DNA of 64,000 nucleotides from contig NC_086109.1 of the NCBI RefSeq assembly GCF_963921235.1, forward strand, positions 13,642,001-13,706,000, written 5' to 3'. The DNA is from Mobula hypostoma (lineage: Eukaryota). The position numbers and the translations under genes were made by a program. Each line of letters starts with the position of its first letter. Position 1 is the stretch's first letter. Below the pieces are notes generated by a model. It saw nothing but the letters and a program-made list of their open reading frames with translations, was not told the origin of the DNA and searched no databases. Shown here piece by piece: positions 37,731-50,694 of the stretch.

Positions 37731-39119
37731 TCAACCAGAGTGCTGAAAGCAACAAACCCTGCAAACAGAAAACGCGGTAATAGTGATAATAATAATAATA
37801 ATAATAAATAAGCAATAATTACCGGGAACTTCGAATGAAGAATCCTTCAAAGTGAGTCCATTGGTTGCGGGAACATTTCAGTGATGGGGCAAGTGAAGTC
37901 GAGTGAAGTTATCCCTCTGGTTCAAGAACCTGATGGTTGAGGGGTAATAACTGCTCCAGACCCTAGTGGTGTGAGTCCTGAGGCTCCTGTACCTTCTTCC
38001 TGATGGCAGTGGCGAGAAGAGAGCGCGCCCTGGGTGGTGAAGTTCCCTTATGATGGACATTGCTTTCCTGCAACAGCAAAGAGACTTTTAGACAGATGCA
38101 TGAATACGCTGGGAATAGCTGGATACGGATGATGTGCAGGCAGAGGAGATTAGTTCAATTTTGCTTCATGGTTGGCACTGACTTTGTGGGTCAAGGGGCG
38201 TGTTCCTGTTCTGTTCTCCTCTACAGTATGTTTCATATATTATTTTGGACTCAGATCTCCGGAGGTTAGAAACCGGAAATCTCTGATTCAGAGGCAAGAG
38301 TTTCTGAGATTGGAGATATGCTTGCTTCCTGTGAGCCTCTGACTTTATCTTAACTTTTATAATCTTTTTTAAACTTGTGCTCAAATTACGCTAATGTCTT
38401 CATTCCGTCATGTTAAAGTCACACCCAAGTCCCTGCCCAAAAAACGCTCTATTTCTCGGACTTTGCCCTCTTCTACTGTAGCTCTTCTCCTAACTCCCTT
38501 CAATGCCAGCCAGTCAGACTAAGAGATGTCTACGTAGAACAGAATACAATACAGTACAGGAACAGGCCCTTCAGCCCACAATGCTGTGCTGAACTGATTA
38601 AATTAGTAATCAGATGACCACCTAAACTCATCCTCTCTGCCTTCACGTTATCGATATCCTTCCATTTCCTGCACCTTCATGTGTCTATCTCAATGCCTCT
38701 ATCACAGCTCCAGACAGCACATGCCAGGCACACACCACTCTCTGTGTAAAAATTGCACTCTGCCCATCTCCTTTGATTTTGCCCCCTTTCACCTTAAATG
38801 CATGCCCTCTAGATTCAAAACCACTCCTTCGACTCTCCTCCTGCTCCATTTGTTTCATGGAACGTCGATCAGTAGACGTCAGGAACAGGCTCTTCAGCAC
38901 ATGATGTTGTTCCAGGCCGATCAAATTAAACTACTCCCTTCCGCCGACCCACGATCTCTATCTCTCCAATCCCTGCACGTTCATGTGACTCCCTGCGAAC
39001 CACTTAACCACCTCTCTTGAATCTGTCACGTCCACCACCAGCCCGGTCACGTGTCCCAGGCACACCTCCACTATGTCAAACCTGAACTTACTCCTCTTCA
39101 CCTTCAATACTCGCCTTAA

Positions 39120-39490
39120 ATCTTCCTCATGTTCTGTCTGGGTAGCTTCCGAGCTGATGACATGAACATCGATTTGTCCTATTTCAAGTCATTCCCCCCC
39201 CGCCTTCCTCAATTTCCCTCTCTGGCCCCCTTCTTAACACTTATCTTCACCTAACTAACACCTCCCCCCGGAGCCCCTCCTCCTTCCTTTCCTCCTATTG
39301 TCTACTCTCCCCTCTGATCAGATTCCTTCTTCTCCATCCCTTTACGTTTTTTACTAATCACTTCCCAGCTTCTCACTTCATTCTCCCTGCTCCTCCAGCC
39401 ACCTGGCTTCACCTATCACCTTCTATCTCGTACTCTTTCACCTTCTTATTTTGGCTTCTTCTCCCTTCCTTTTCAGCCCTGATGAAACAT
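39120..39490 (+). mobile_element. Old Penelope-like 3' remnant
   Basis: ctgggtagcttccgagctgatgacatgaacatcgatt matches the GIY-YIG end, followed by a pyrimidine tract and a truncated CTGATGA motif. Confidence 0.6.
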
Positions 39491-39614
39491 TGAGTTCAAG
39501 ATCAGAATCAGGTTCATTGTTACTGGCATCTGTCATGAAATTTAACTTAGCAGCAGCAGTACGAAGCATTGCATGATAATATAGAAAGTAAATCAATTAC
39601 AGTAAGTATATATA

Positions 39615-40567
39615 TGGCCCACCTTTTTATCAAACCTCCGTCCACAATCACAACTTTAACAGTACTTAACAGGCGAATTAACAATTCATCCAGGGTACAA
39701 ATATCTACCCCACTGGTTCAATGCTCAGGGTAATCACACAGCATCTAATGAAATCAATCCCAGAACGATACCCCCACAATTGTAACCCTCAGTTCGGCCA
39801 GAGGCTTAATCTAGGGGAAGACAGCCTCCCTCCCGGCGTAACTTGAGTAATCTTGTTTGGGTAGATGCTGTGCGATGCGTTCCCCTGTTACAAATCAGTA
39901 CCATGAAATAACAAACAGTATACAATCTGCAGTTAAACAATTGAGCTTTATAATCCTTAATTTGACTATAGGTTAGTCTTCTTCTTCTTCACGTGCCTTG
40001 CACGTTACACGCTTGGGCGATCATGGCTCTCCACATCGAACGATCCCTCGCAGCGTCAATGATATCTCTCACACTTAGATCTGTTAGTTCTTTCACAGTG
40101 TCCATATATTTTCTTCTTTGCCTTCCTCTTCCGCGTTTCCCAGGCATACAGCTTTGTAATGTAAGGCATTTTATTTCTCCCTTCATAGGTTGGTAACATA
40201 GGTTAGTAAAGAAACAAAAAAAGAAAAAGGGCCCATTCGCATGGAACAGTCTAATGCATAGTTGGAGCTCACGGTTCCATCCATTCGTTCTCCATCGACC
40301 TCCTCCGAGCGTCATGGACCCTCAGACCCTCGCTCCAAGTCCAGTCCATCCGGCGACCTACCAATTCTCTCCACTCACATCTTCTCTCTTCATCACTCGC
40401 CAACAAAAGACCGCAAAATCCCTTCTCTCAGACCCACAAGAAAGAAACAACATGCCCCTCACTGGATGGTGCACATTCCAAAGCCCCCGTTATCTCCAGT
40501 CATAACCCAAACATTGCTGCTACAGAGGAACCATTACATTAGCAGTGAAGCATTACAGAGCATTACA
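39615..40567 (-). mobile_element. LTR (39781-40567) with a tRNA-Pro-like PBS and short internal remnant
   Basis: TGTAA..TTACA termini. The minus strand after the LTR reads TGGGGGTATCGTTCTGGGATT, similar to the tRNA-Pro PBS TGGGGGCTCGTCCGGGATT. Confidence 0.6.
39978..40197 (-). mobile_element. RTE-clade LINE 3' end with (GAA)n tail
   Basis: GKRGRGRQRRKYMD..AARDRSMWRAMI C-terminus. 10-bp TSD ATAGGTTAGT (39968-77 and 40198-207). Confidence 0.85.
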
Positions 40568-41364
40568 TATGTATATAAAATAGATTAAAAAGTGCAAAAA
40601 TAGAAGCAATACATATTTTTTCAAAAGAAGTGAGGTAGTGTTCATGGGTTCAGTATCCATTCAGAAATCAGATGGTAGAGGGGAAGAAACTGTTCCTGAA
40701 TCACTGAGTGTGTGCCTCCAGGCTTCTGTACCTCCTTCCCAATGGTAATGATGAGAGGAAGGCATGCTGTGAGTGATGGCATCCTTAATAATGGACAGTG
40801 CCTTTCTGTGGCACCACTGCTTGAAGATGTCTTGGATACTATGGAGGCTGGTACCCGTGATGGAGCTGAATAATTTTACAACTTTCTGCAGCTTCGTTCA
40901 TTATTTCTGCTTATTCATTTCCATTGATCCTCCTATCCAGCTGAGTTCCTCCAGCAATTTTTGTGTGTGTTTCTCATCTTTCTATAAGATTTACCTTAAG
41001 ATCCATTCTTTTGCAACTCCCTTCCAACACTAGCTTATTCTCCTCCTATTATTGTTTTTGTTTAGCATCAGAAGTTCTTAAGTCTGCACACAACAATAGG
41101 GAGCTATTACTTTTGTGTCAGAGAGATCTGATTTTCCAATTTCAGAGGTTTGAGCTCAAAATAGTATGTAGAATTTAAAACAGTACAACACAGGAGCACG
41201 CAATTGGCCCACATTGGCTAAGTATAATGCCAAACATCCCTTCTGACTGCATATACCCCCGCCCCATTTCCTGAATGTGTCTAACTGGTATCAAGGTGGG
41301 AAGCTGCTGGCTGTAGCCTCTAGCTGACTGGTGCCTGGCTCCAAAGTCTGCTGATAAGTATTGT

Positions 41365-41962
41365 GTATAAGAGCTGGAATGTTATGATGAGGTTGTATAA
41401 GGCATTGGTGAGGCCAAATCTGGAGTATTGTGTTCAGTTTTGGTCACCTAATTACAGGAAGGATATAAATAAGGTTGAAAGAGTGCAGAGAAGGTTTACA
41501 AGGATGTTGCCGGGACTTGAAAAACTCAGTTACAGAGAAAGGTTGAATAGGTTAGGACTTTATTCCCTGGAGCGTAGAAGAATGAGGGGGGATTTGATAG
41601 AGGTATATAAAATTATGATGGGTATAGATAGAGTGAATGCAAGCAGGCTTTTTCCACTGAGGCAAGGGGAGAAAAAAACCAGAGGACATGGGTTAAGGGT
41701 GAGGGGGGAAAAGTTTAAAGGGAACATTGGGGGGGGCTTCTTCACACAGAGAGTGGTGGGAGTATGGAATGAGCTGCCAGACGAGGTGGTAAATGTGGGT
41801 TCTTTTTCAACATCTAAGAATAAATTGGACAGATACATGGATGGGAGGTGTATGGAGGTATATGGTCCGTGTGCAGGTCAGTGGGACTAGGCAGAAAATG
41901 GTTCGGCACAGCCAAGAAGGGCCAAAAAGGCCTGTTTCTGTGCTGTAGTTTCTATGGTTCTA
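41365..41962 (+). mobile_element. Young CR1 3' fragment
   Basis: Open 175-codon ORF2 end, nearly identical to the 3' end of the CR1 at 54909-57735. Confidence 0.9.
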
Positions 41963-42617
41963 TAACATCAGGTCCAAATGCAAGTGGGAGAAACAGGCCT
42001 CTTGACCTGACGTTCATTCCAAGCCCTGAGTCACAAGCATCAAGTCCACCCTCGCTAGCCAGGACATGCGCTCTTCTCATTGATACCATCAGGGAGGAGG
42101 AAAACAGGAGCCTGAAGACACACATTTAACCATTCAAAAACAACTTCTTCCCATCTGCCATCAGATTTCTGAACAGTTCATGAACCCATGAACATGTCTT
42201 TTTTTCCACATTATTTGTTAATTTTGTAATTTATAGTCATTTTATGTCTTTCCAATGTATTGCTCCCACAAAACAATAAATTTCATGTAATAAGACAGGG
42301 AAAATAAACCTAATTCTGATTCTAATTCTGAGATTGCATCAGTAAGCATAACTAATTGAAATGGTTTGGTTATAGAAAATTGATTTGTTATTTTGTCAAC
42401 AATGTAGTTCACATCATCAGTATATTTATGCTGTTCTGTACCCTGCCAAAGTGATTAAGGATATGAGCAGACAGCAGAGAGTCTTTTCCCGCATTCTTCA
42501 ATATTCACTTTAGTATCTGGGCCACACTAAAGATGCCATGTCGCCCCCTTCTGGTAAAGATGTGAATCATCCCAAATGCATTCAGTGAGACTGAAATCAG
42601 AACTTCCAACAAGGTAC

Positions 42618-42794
42618 AAGCAACAGGAATTCTGCAGATGCTGGAAATTCAAGCAACACACATCAAAGTTGCTGGTGAATGCAGCAGGCCAGGCAGCATC
42701 TCTAGGAAGGGTCTCGACCTGAAACGTCGACTGTACCTCTTCCTAGAGATGCTGCCTGGCCTGCTGCGTTCACCAGCAACTTTGATGTGTGTTG
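42618..42794. mobile_element. 177-bp Penelope-derived mini-palindrome
   Basis: Two inverted PLE 3' ends. 14-bp TSD TTCC(A/G)ACAAGGTAC (42604-17 and 42795-808). Confidence 0.85.
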
Positions 42795-42814
42795 TTCCGA
42801 CAAGGTACTGTAAT

Positions 42815-43844
42815 TATGTGGACAAAGGCCAATTATCATAGAATCAGAAGAGAACTGATAGGTGTGGATTGGGTTAGGTCATTTTCTAGCAAAGGAATGC
42901 TTGGTAAGTGGGAGGTCATCAAAAGTGAAATATTGAGAGTACAGAATTTGTCTGTTCCTGTTAGAATAAAACACAAGACTAACAGATTAAGGGAACCTTG
43001 GATTTCAAGGAATGTTGAGACCCTGGTTAAGAAGAAGAAGAAGAAGGAGGCACATAGCAAGTCTAGGCAGATAGGATCAAATGAGGCACTTAAGGAGTAT
43101 AAGAAATACAAGAGAACACTTAAGGAAGAAAACAGGAGGTCTAACAGAGGATTGAGGTTGCTCTGGCAGACAAGGTGAAAGGGAATGTCATATAACATAT
43201 AACAATTACAGCACGGAAACAGGCCATCTCAACCCTTTTAGTCTGTGCCAAATACGTGTCAAGGGATTCTGTAGGTATGTTAAAAGCAAAAAGATAGCAA
43301 GGAATAAAATTGGTCCTCTTGAAGTCAGGGTGGTCATTTATTCATGGAGCTAAAAGAGATGAAGGAGATCTGAAATGGATTTTTTGCATTTGTACTTGGG
43401 AGGTAGATATAGAGTCTATAGAACTGAGGCAAAGGAATGCTGAGGATATGGACTGTATCTGGATTATGGAAGATGAAGTGCTGGCTGTCTTGAGGCAAAT
43501 TAGGGTAGATAAATCCCCTGGGTCTGACAAGGTGTTCCCTCAGAAATTGTGAGATGCTAGTGCAGAAATTGCAGGGGTCCTGGCAATGATATTTAAAACA
43601 CCCTTAGCCCCGAGTGAGGTGCCAAAGGACTGGAGCATAGCAAATGTTGTTCCATTGTTCAAGAAAGGCTCTCAGAATAATTCAGAAAATTAGGCAGGTG
43701 AACCTGATGTCATTCATGAGTAATTCACTGGAGGATATTTTAAGAGACAGGATATATAAATATTTGGATAGACAGGACCTGACATGTCCTTGTGCATGGC
43801 AGGATGTGACTAACCAACCTTGCAGAGTTTCCTGAGGAAGTTAC
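42815..43844 (+). mobile_element. Decayed CR1 ORF2 fragment
   Basis: VDW..KWE..KSEILRVQ..VPVRIK and VDKSPG motifs. Interrupted by a Gypsy LTR at 43845. Confidence 0.75.
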
Positions 43845-44340
43845 TGTTGTGTATTTAATACTTCAGTAATCTTTGAGTAATATTGTAAATATATTGTTTG
43901 ATTAAATGTTCTTGTTTGTTTAAATAATTTATTATGAGTTATATGTAAAAGTACATGAATGGCCTACATTATCACCTCACCATGTCTTACATGCATGCCT
44001 CACTTAAAGAAAAATGAAACTAAGGCACTCATCTTTCAGGTTCCCTTGTTTTTATTTTGATTAGTTTTATGTTTTAGAGTTATAAAATATAATATTGGTG
44101 ATGATGAAGTTTTAAACAAACCTGAAATAACTACCCACCTGTAGAACCACAGTGAGGCATTCAAGTTTTTAGAAGTGCAGTGAGAAACGGTTAAGTGAAA
44201 AAACAGCGCAGTACGTGCCTCTTCAGGAAGGGACAGAAACATTCAAGTTTAAAAAAAGGCAGAGAACAGACAAAGTCATGGAGTCATAAACAGTGAGGAC
44301 CAGCTGATAATAAACATGAACAAAAAAGAGAGAAATGGCT

Positions 44341-44804
44341 GCAACACACACAAAATGCTGGTGAAGGCAGCAGGCCAGGCAGCATCTCTAGGAAAAGGTA
44401 CAGTCGATGTTTCGGGCCGAGACCCTTCGTCAGGACTAACTGAAGGAAGAGGTAGTCAGAGATTTGAAAGTGGGAGGAGGAGGAGGAGATCCGAAATGAT
44501 AGGAGAAGACAGGAGGGGGAGGAATGGAGCTAAGAGCTGGAAAGTGGATTGGCAAAAAGGATACGAGGCTGGAGAAGGGAGAGGATCATGGGATGGGAAG
44601 CCTTGGGAGAAAGAAAGGGGGAGGGGAGCCCAGAGGAAGATGGATAGCAGGCAAGGAGTATAGTGGGAAGGACAGAGGGAGAAAAGGGAGAAAAGAGAGA
44701 GAGAGAGAGAGAAAAAGGGGGAAAAAAATAACAATAAACAAATAAATAAGGGTTGGGTAAGAAGGGGAGGAGGGCCATTAATGGAAGTTAGAGAAGTCAA
44801 TGTT
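44341..44804 (-). mobile_element. Penelope-like 3' unit inserted at the Gypsy gag start
   Basis: Same 3' UTR family as 12090 and 20494. 12-bp TSD GAGAAATGGCTG (44330-41 and 44805-16). Confidence 0.85.
44401..44442 (-). ncRNA. Minimal type I hammerhead motif (AUC triplet)
   Basis: Minus strand reads agtc-CTGACGA-A-GGGT-CTCG-GCCC-GAAA-C-ATC-gact. Confidence 0.7.
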
Positions 44805-46559
44805 GAGAAATGGCTGGCTACATGGAAAGATAAACGCATTCAATTCTACAAGAGATATCAGGATATTGTATACTGAGTGAATTGAACAGTATTTTGAAGT
44901 AAATAAAATAACTAGTGAGAAGCAAGTGCCTACTTTGCTGAGTGCATTGGATTTAAAGGCATGCAGTTTGCTTAGAATTTTAACGGCTTCAACCAAACTA
45001 GCTGAAATTGGCTTTGCTGATACCGTGAGAGTAATGCAGAAACATTTAGAACCAAAACCATTGTAGATTGCAGATCGCTTTAGGTTTCTTAAGTGGACTC
45101 AAAAGGAAGGGGAGTCCATTTCAGCTTACGTAGCTACATTGAAGAAGTTGTCTGAGCATTGTCAGTTCAGTGATGATGCACTGAGAGATTGTTTAGTTTG
45201 TGGAATCTTATAAAAAAAAATCACTTTCAATGTCTCCTAATTGAAGCACAATTTACATTTAAAAGAGCAGTTGAAATAGCTGTATCAATGGAAATAGTGG
45301 ACAGCAATGGAGTTGAGTTACAGTCAGGAATGAAAGTAAGCGTGAATAAATTGCAACGTCTAAACAGAAACTGGCCTAGACGAACAAGTTCTGTTACTGT
45401 TGAGGCAGGGGCTTACATATACCAGGCCAATGCAGATTTAAAGGCAAAACTTGCAGAAAATGCAACAACGTAGGACACATACAAAGAGCACGTCAGGCAG
45501 ACAAAAATAAGGGGACTGCACAAGGAAGAAAAAAAAATTTTAAAAAGTCAAGTTGCAGTTTCAAAAAGAGCACTAGTCTGTATGTTGCTAATGAAAAATC
45601 TGAAAATGATGAGTGTGACACAGGACTGAACAGCCTCGAGATTTATAGTGCGAAAGCTAACAATAGTAAGCAATATGGCTTACACTAGAAGTGAACGGTG
45701 AATTAATTAAAATGGAATTGGACTCCGCAAATATGGAAATGGAATCCACAAAATGAGTTTTAACAACATTTCAAAGAGAATAAACTGAAGCTTGTTAAGA
45801 GAACTAAGAGAAAAAAATAACTCTTGTGGGAGAGACGTTTGTAACAGTGATATACAACAACCAACAAGCCACATTGGGCTTGCATGCTGTAAAAGCTAGA
45901 GGGCCAGCATTGTAGGGTCATGAGTAGCTGAGACAACTGCAACTTCTTTGGAGACCCATCCACTATTTGCATGCCACATCTCCTGGAATAGGTTCAACTG
46001 AAGGTGAGTTAAGAAAGGTTAAGAAAGACGAGTTAAGATGGTGCCATGGCAGTGTTCAAGGATGGCACTGGAAAACTCAAACATATCAAGGGTAAAATAG
46101 CAGTAAATGAAAGTTTGCACCCAGGTTTTGCAAAGCCCTTATACCAACTGTGATAAAGTAGCCAGTGAGTTAGATCACATGGAAGCTGGATGTACTCCTT
46201 CCAAGGTTGAGTGGAGCCCATGGTCCCAGTAGCCAAGAAGAATGTGTCTTGTCAGGATCTGTGGTGATTTTAAGGTCAACATCAACCAGTACAGGAAGTA
46301 GAACGAACCCTCCATCCAGGATAGAGGATATCTTTGCAAACCTTTCTGCATGGAAACACGTCAGCAAAGTTGACTTAGCTGAGAACTACAGATGGAGATG
46401 GAAGAAGAGTCCAAAGTGTTTCTCACCATAAACACTCACCAAGGGCCTTATCACTACAATAGCTGAAGGATGCTCCGCAGTTCTGTCAGGGCTTGAGTGC
46501 CATCACCTCTTATAAAGTAAAGTCAAGTGACATCCGTGCCAGTAGGGCTTTGCTTTCAG

Positions 46560-48305
46560 GTGAGCCCAATGCCTCCTATGCATGCTTTGACCATCAAAAC
46601 ATGGAGTAACTAACACAAAATCCTGCAGCCCCCGATGACCCTGTGATTTCAGTTTCTGAGGCCGACATGCAAGCAGTCTTTAGGAGGGTGAACCCGCGGA
46701 CAGGGTACCTGGCCAAATACTAAACACCTGTGCTGATCAACTGGCTGGAGTGCTCACTGAGACCTTTATCCCCTCGCTTTGGCAGTCTGAGGTACTTACC
46801 TACTTCAAGCAGGCTTCAATTATACTGGTACGTAAGAAGACTGCGGTAACCTGCCTCAGTGACTATCATCCAGTAGCTCTTCCATCACAGTGGTGAAGTG
46901 TTTTGAGGGGTTGGTGATGAAATATAACAATTCCTGCCTGAAAAGTGGCTTGGACCCTCTCCAGTTTTCCTTCTGGAGCAATAGGTCCACAGCAGATACC
47001 ATCTCACTGGCTCTTCATACAACCCTGGAACATCTGGACAGCAAAGGTGCATACATCAGGATGCTCTTTATCGACGACAGCTCAACATTGAATACCATCC
47101 ACCCCTCAAAACTAATCAATAAGCTTCAACACCTTGACCTTAATCCTGCCTTGTACAATTGAATTTCCTCACTTGCAGACCCCAATCAACATCTTCTCCA
47201 CCATCTCCTTCTGCACAGGTGCACTACAAGGCTGTGTGCTTAGCCCCCTGGCTCTACTTGCTTTACACTTATGACTGTGTGGCCAAGCGCAGCTCCAATG
47301 CCATTTTTTTTTTAAGTTTGCTGATGACAGCACTGTTATTGGCCGAATCAAGAGTGGTGACAAATAGGCATACGTGAGGGAGATTGAAAATCTGGCCGTG
47401 GTGCCCCAACAACAACCTCTTCCTCAATGTCAGCAAGACCCAGGAACTGATTATTGACTTCAGAAGGAGGAAACCAGAGGGCTGTGAACCAGACCTCATT
47501 GGGGGATCAGAGGTGGAGAGGCTCAGCAACTTTAAATTCCTCCGTGTTATCGTTTAGGAGGACCTCTCCTGGGCATGGAACGGGAAGTGCATTTACAACG
47601 AAAAGCTCAGCAATGCCTCTAATTCCTGAGGAATTTGCAGAAATTTAGCTTGATATCTGAAACTTTGACAAAGTTCTACAGAAATGTGGTGGAGCGTATG
47701 TTGACCTGCTGCATCACAGCCTGGTATGGAAACGCCAATGCCCTTGAATGGAAAATTCCCACAAAAACCAGTGGATACAGCCCAGTCCATCACAGGTAAA
47801 GCCCTCCCCACCCCTGAAAACATCTACATGAAGCGTTACCGCATGGAAGCAGCATACATCATCAGGGAACCCCATCACCCACGTCATGCTCTCTTCTCAC
47901 TGCTGCCGTCAGGAAGAAGGCAGAGGAGACCAGGACTCACACCACCAGGTTCAAGAGCAGTTATTATCCCTCAACCATCAGGCTCTTGAACCAAAGGGGG
48001 TAACTTCGCTTGCCACATCATTGAAATGCTCCCACAACCTATGGGCTCACTTTCAAGGACTCGTCATCTCATGTTTTCTTGATATTTATTGCTTATTTAT
48101 TCATTTATTATTATTTTTGTTTGCACTGTTTGCTGTGTTTTGAACACTGATTGAACGCCCAGGTTGGGGTGATCTTTCATCGTTTCTATCATAGTTATTA
48201 TCCTATTATGCATTTATTGAGTCTGAAAATGAATTGCAGGGTTGTATATGGTGACAGATATGTACCATGAGAATAAACTACTTTGAAATTTTTGGATTTT
48301 AAACT
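46560..48305 (+). mobile_element. Decayed Rex-Babar-type LINE RT and 3' UTR
   Basis: KCFEGLV..LDPLQF..RST.D.I..MLFIDDSS, fADD, FYRNVVE, HPRHALFSLLPSGRR. Confidence 0.85.
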
Positions 48306-48589
48306 TTGTGGAAGACATGCCTGGCCCTTCTATGATGCAAAGTCCAAGTCAGCTGCATGTTGCTGCACTACCTGACCTTTGTTGAAGAGTTCTTCCAAGT
48401 AAATAATGTATCATTTCTTAATGCATGCATTACTAAATGACAATAAAAGAGGACTACGTGTCTTCATAATCTAAGCACAAGCATAATTGGGCATCAAGGG
48501 CTTGCTGGGCTGGAAGGACGGCTACCCTTGTGTATCTCTAAATAAATAGGTTGAACACACATCCATCAAGCAGTGGTCAATGCAGAATG

Positions 48590-49200
48590 ACCTACAGACA
48601 CTGCAGACCGGGACAGTATGGATTCTGTACACTTGTTCCCTGAACCACCCGACAGAACGTCTCATCACCAGATCTGACCAATAAGCCCCAAGAGTGTACT
48701 TGGGGCCCCTCCCAGTCAGAGTTTTCCTCTACAGATGATACGCCACTCCCAGCGTACACTGCCTTTGGGATGACTGCAGTGGGGAGGGAACAGTCATTCA
48801 TTTCTTTACAGACTGATGCGAGGGTCCATGCACTGCTTCACCCCAGCAACTGCGCAGCAGAGGTCCCTCTCTCTGCTCCCGGGGACCTACACCGCGTCAG
48901 GTGTCAAGTGCTGCAGGAGGGCCATCATCTCAGCAGAGGTACCATTTCTTGGTCTTCCAGCACAGTGGGATGTCCGTAAGGAAACGCTGTAGACTGGCAC
49001 ATTCCATTCTGCAGCAGCTCATGCTGAGGGTCGCAGCAAAGTTCAGTCCAGCCAACGCTAAGTCTCTGTGGGGGAAGGCTACAGTCTTAGTTCCTTCCAA
49101 CACCTCACAGAGGTGGGTGAAGGAGCCCCTCAAACAATGAGAAGGATTATCACCCCGGGGAACTCCGTGAGTGGCTATGGTGCCATGTTTGTTTGAGATG
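48590..49200 (+). mobile_element. Tx1-like (L1 clade) LINE C-terminal remnant
   Basis: Traces TVIHFFTD (zf-RVT-like) and FLVFQHSGMSVRKRCRLAHS..AKSLWGK. Confidence 0.5.
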
Positions 49201-49265
49201 TTTTTCTGTGAAAGTTTACACTACTGGCCCCATGATGGTTGACCTGTTCCTTTTCTAAACGGCAC

Positions 49266-49302
49266 AATCCTGAGGAAGGGTCTTGGCCTGAAACATCGAC
49301 TG
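49266..49302 (+). ncRNA. Hammerhead motif in a short PLE-derived fragment
   Basis: CTGAGGA-A-GGGT-CTTG-GCCT-GAAA-C-ATC-gact. Stem I is weakened. Confidence 0.5.
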
Positions 49303-50694
49303 CTGATTCCTCTCCACAGATGTTGCCTGACCTGCTGAGTTCTTCCAGCATTTTATGTCCTTTGAAGATACATTTTTACTATGAATTAAGGTCATTTTTG
49401 AAATTAAAATCCACATTAATCCCATTTGCCAATACTTGGTATGTAGCAATTCAAGCAATTCTTCTTTCAGTCTTAAATGACCCACATACAGTATACATTC
49501 TGAGACTGTAACACTTATTTCTAGACATCCCTGCTAGGGGAAAACATTCTACTTCATCTGCCCTCTTGAGCCCTTAAAGAAATTAACATGCTTCAATACG
49601 GCCTCGTCTGATTCTTTTAAACTCTATAGCAGCCATCACTCTCTCCTGATGCAAGGAACCAGATGTAGTACACCCTGCAACCACTATGTGGCAGCAATGG
49701 GGGCAATGGTCTAAAGATTAACACAAGAAATTCTGCAGATGCTGGAAATCTTCAAATCAAATCAAGTTTAATTGTCATTCAAACTATACATGCATGTAGC
49801 TGAATGAGACAGTGTTCCTCAGGGGTTAAGGTGCAAAAACATACCTGCGCATTCAAAATAACGAGAAAGGGGAAGCAAAGAACATAGTTACGTAAGAAAA
49901 CAAATTTTAGATCAAGTTCCTGAGTTCCAAGTCCTGCAAATTGATGGTTCCCGGCTGTCCAGTCTGTAATTTCACTGATCCACCAGTTGGGGGCAGCACT
50001 GCCAGGAGAGGCCACCCCCCCACCCCACCCCTGGCCCCAACCGAGCCCGGATGCCACTCTACAGTGCAAGCTGGAAACTGAGGCCTAGTTCTAGTTACAA
50101 CCGCGGTGACACTGCCTCCTCACCGCCTGACCTCCACCAAACAAGGGAAGCAGACTTGGAGCAATCAGTGTCCAACAGGATCTTGCGATTGCAAAAGAAA
50201 CATCCAAGACAGTCACTCACGGTTTCGCTGCATGCCGCCTTCGCGCCAACTTGAAGATACCAACTCTGAGTTGCAGGCAGCAGCGTGGTCTCCACCCACG
50301 TCAGAGCTTCCGAACCCAAGCCGGCTTCTCCTGCGGCCTCACTGGCCGATTCAATTCGAATCCAGAGCAACACACACAAAATCCTGGAGGAACTCAGCAG
50401 CTCAGTCAGGCAGCATTTATGGAGGGGAATAAGACTTAATGAGTTCCTGAAGCATTTTGTGTGTATTGGTCTCCTGATGAACAAGTTTGGACAGAGCTTT
50501 GGTCTACTCACCCCACAACACCTAGCTTCCCATAGAGTCATAGAACACTACAGCACAGAAATAGGCCCTTCAGCCCATCTAGTTCATGCCTATTAATCTG
50601 CCTAGTCCCATCGACCTGCACCCGGATCATGATCCACCATACCCCTCCCTTCCATCTACCTATCCAAATTTCATTTAAACGTTGAAGTCGAACC

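Larger units (their letters stand above)
43845..46462 (+). mobile_element. Decayed, 3'-truncated Gypsy element (LTR-gag-PR-start of RT)
   Basis: LTR ~43845-44094 (TGTTG..). PBS-like TGGTGATGA. gag starts ATGGCTGGC at ~44810, with two decayed CCHC knuckles at ~45390-45492. MELDS protease trace. RICGDFKV RT start at ~46255. Confidence 0.8.
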
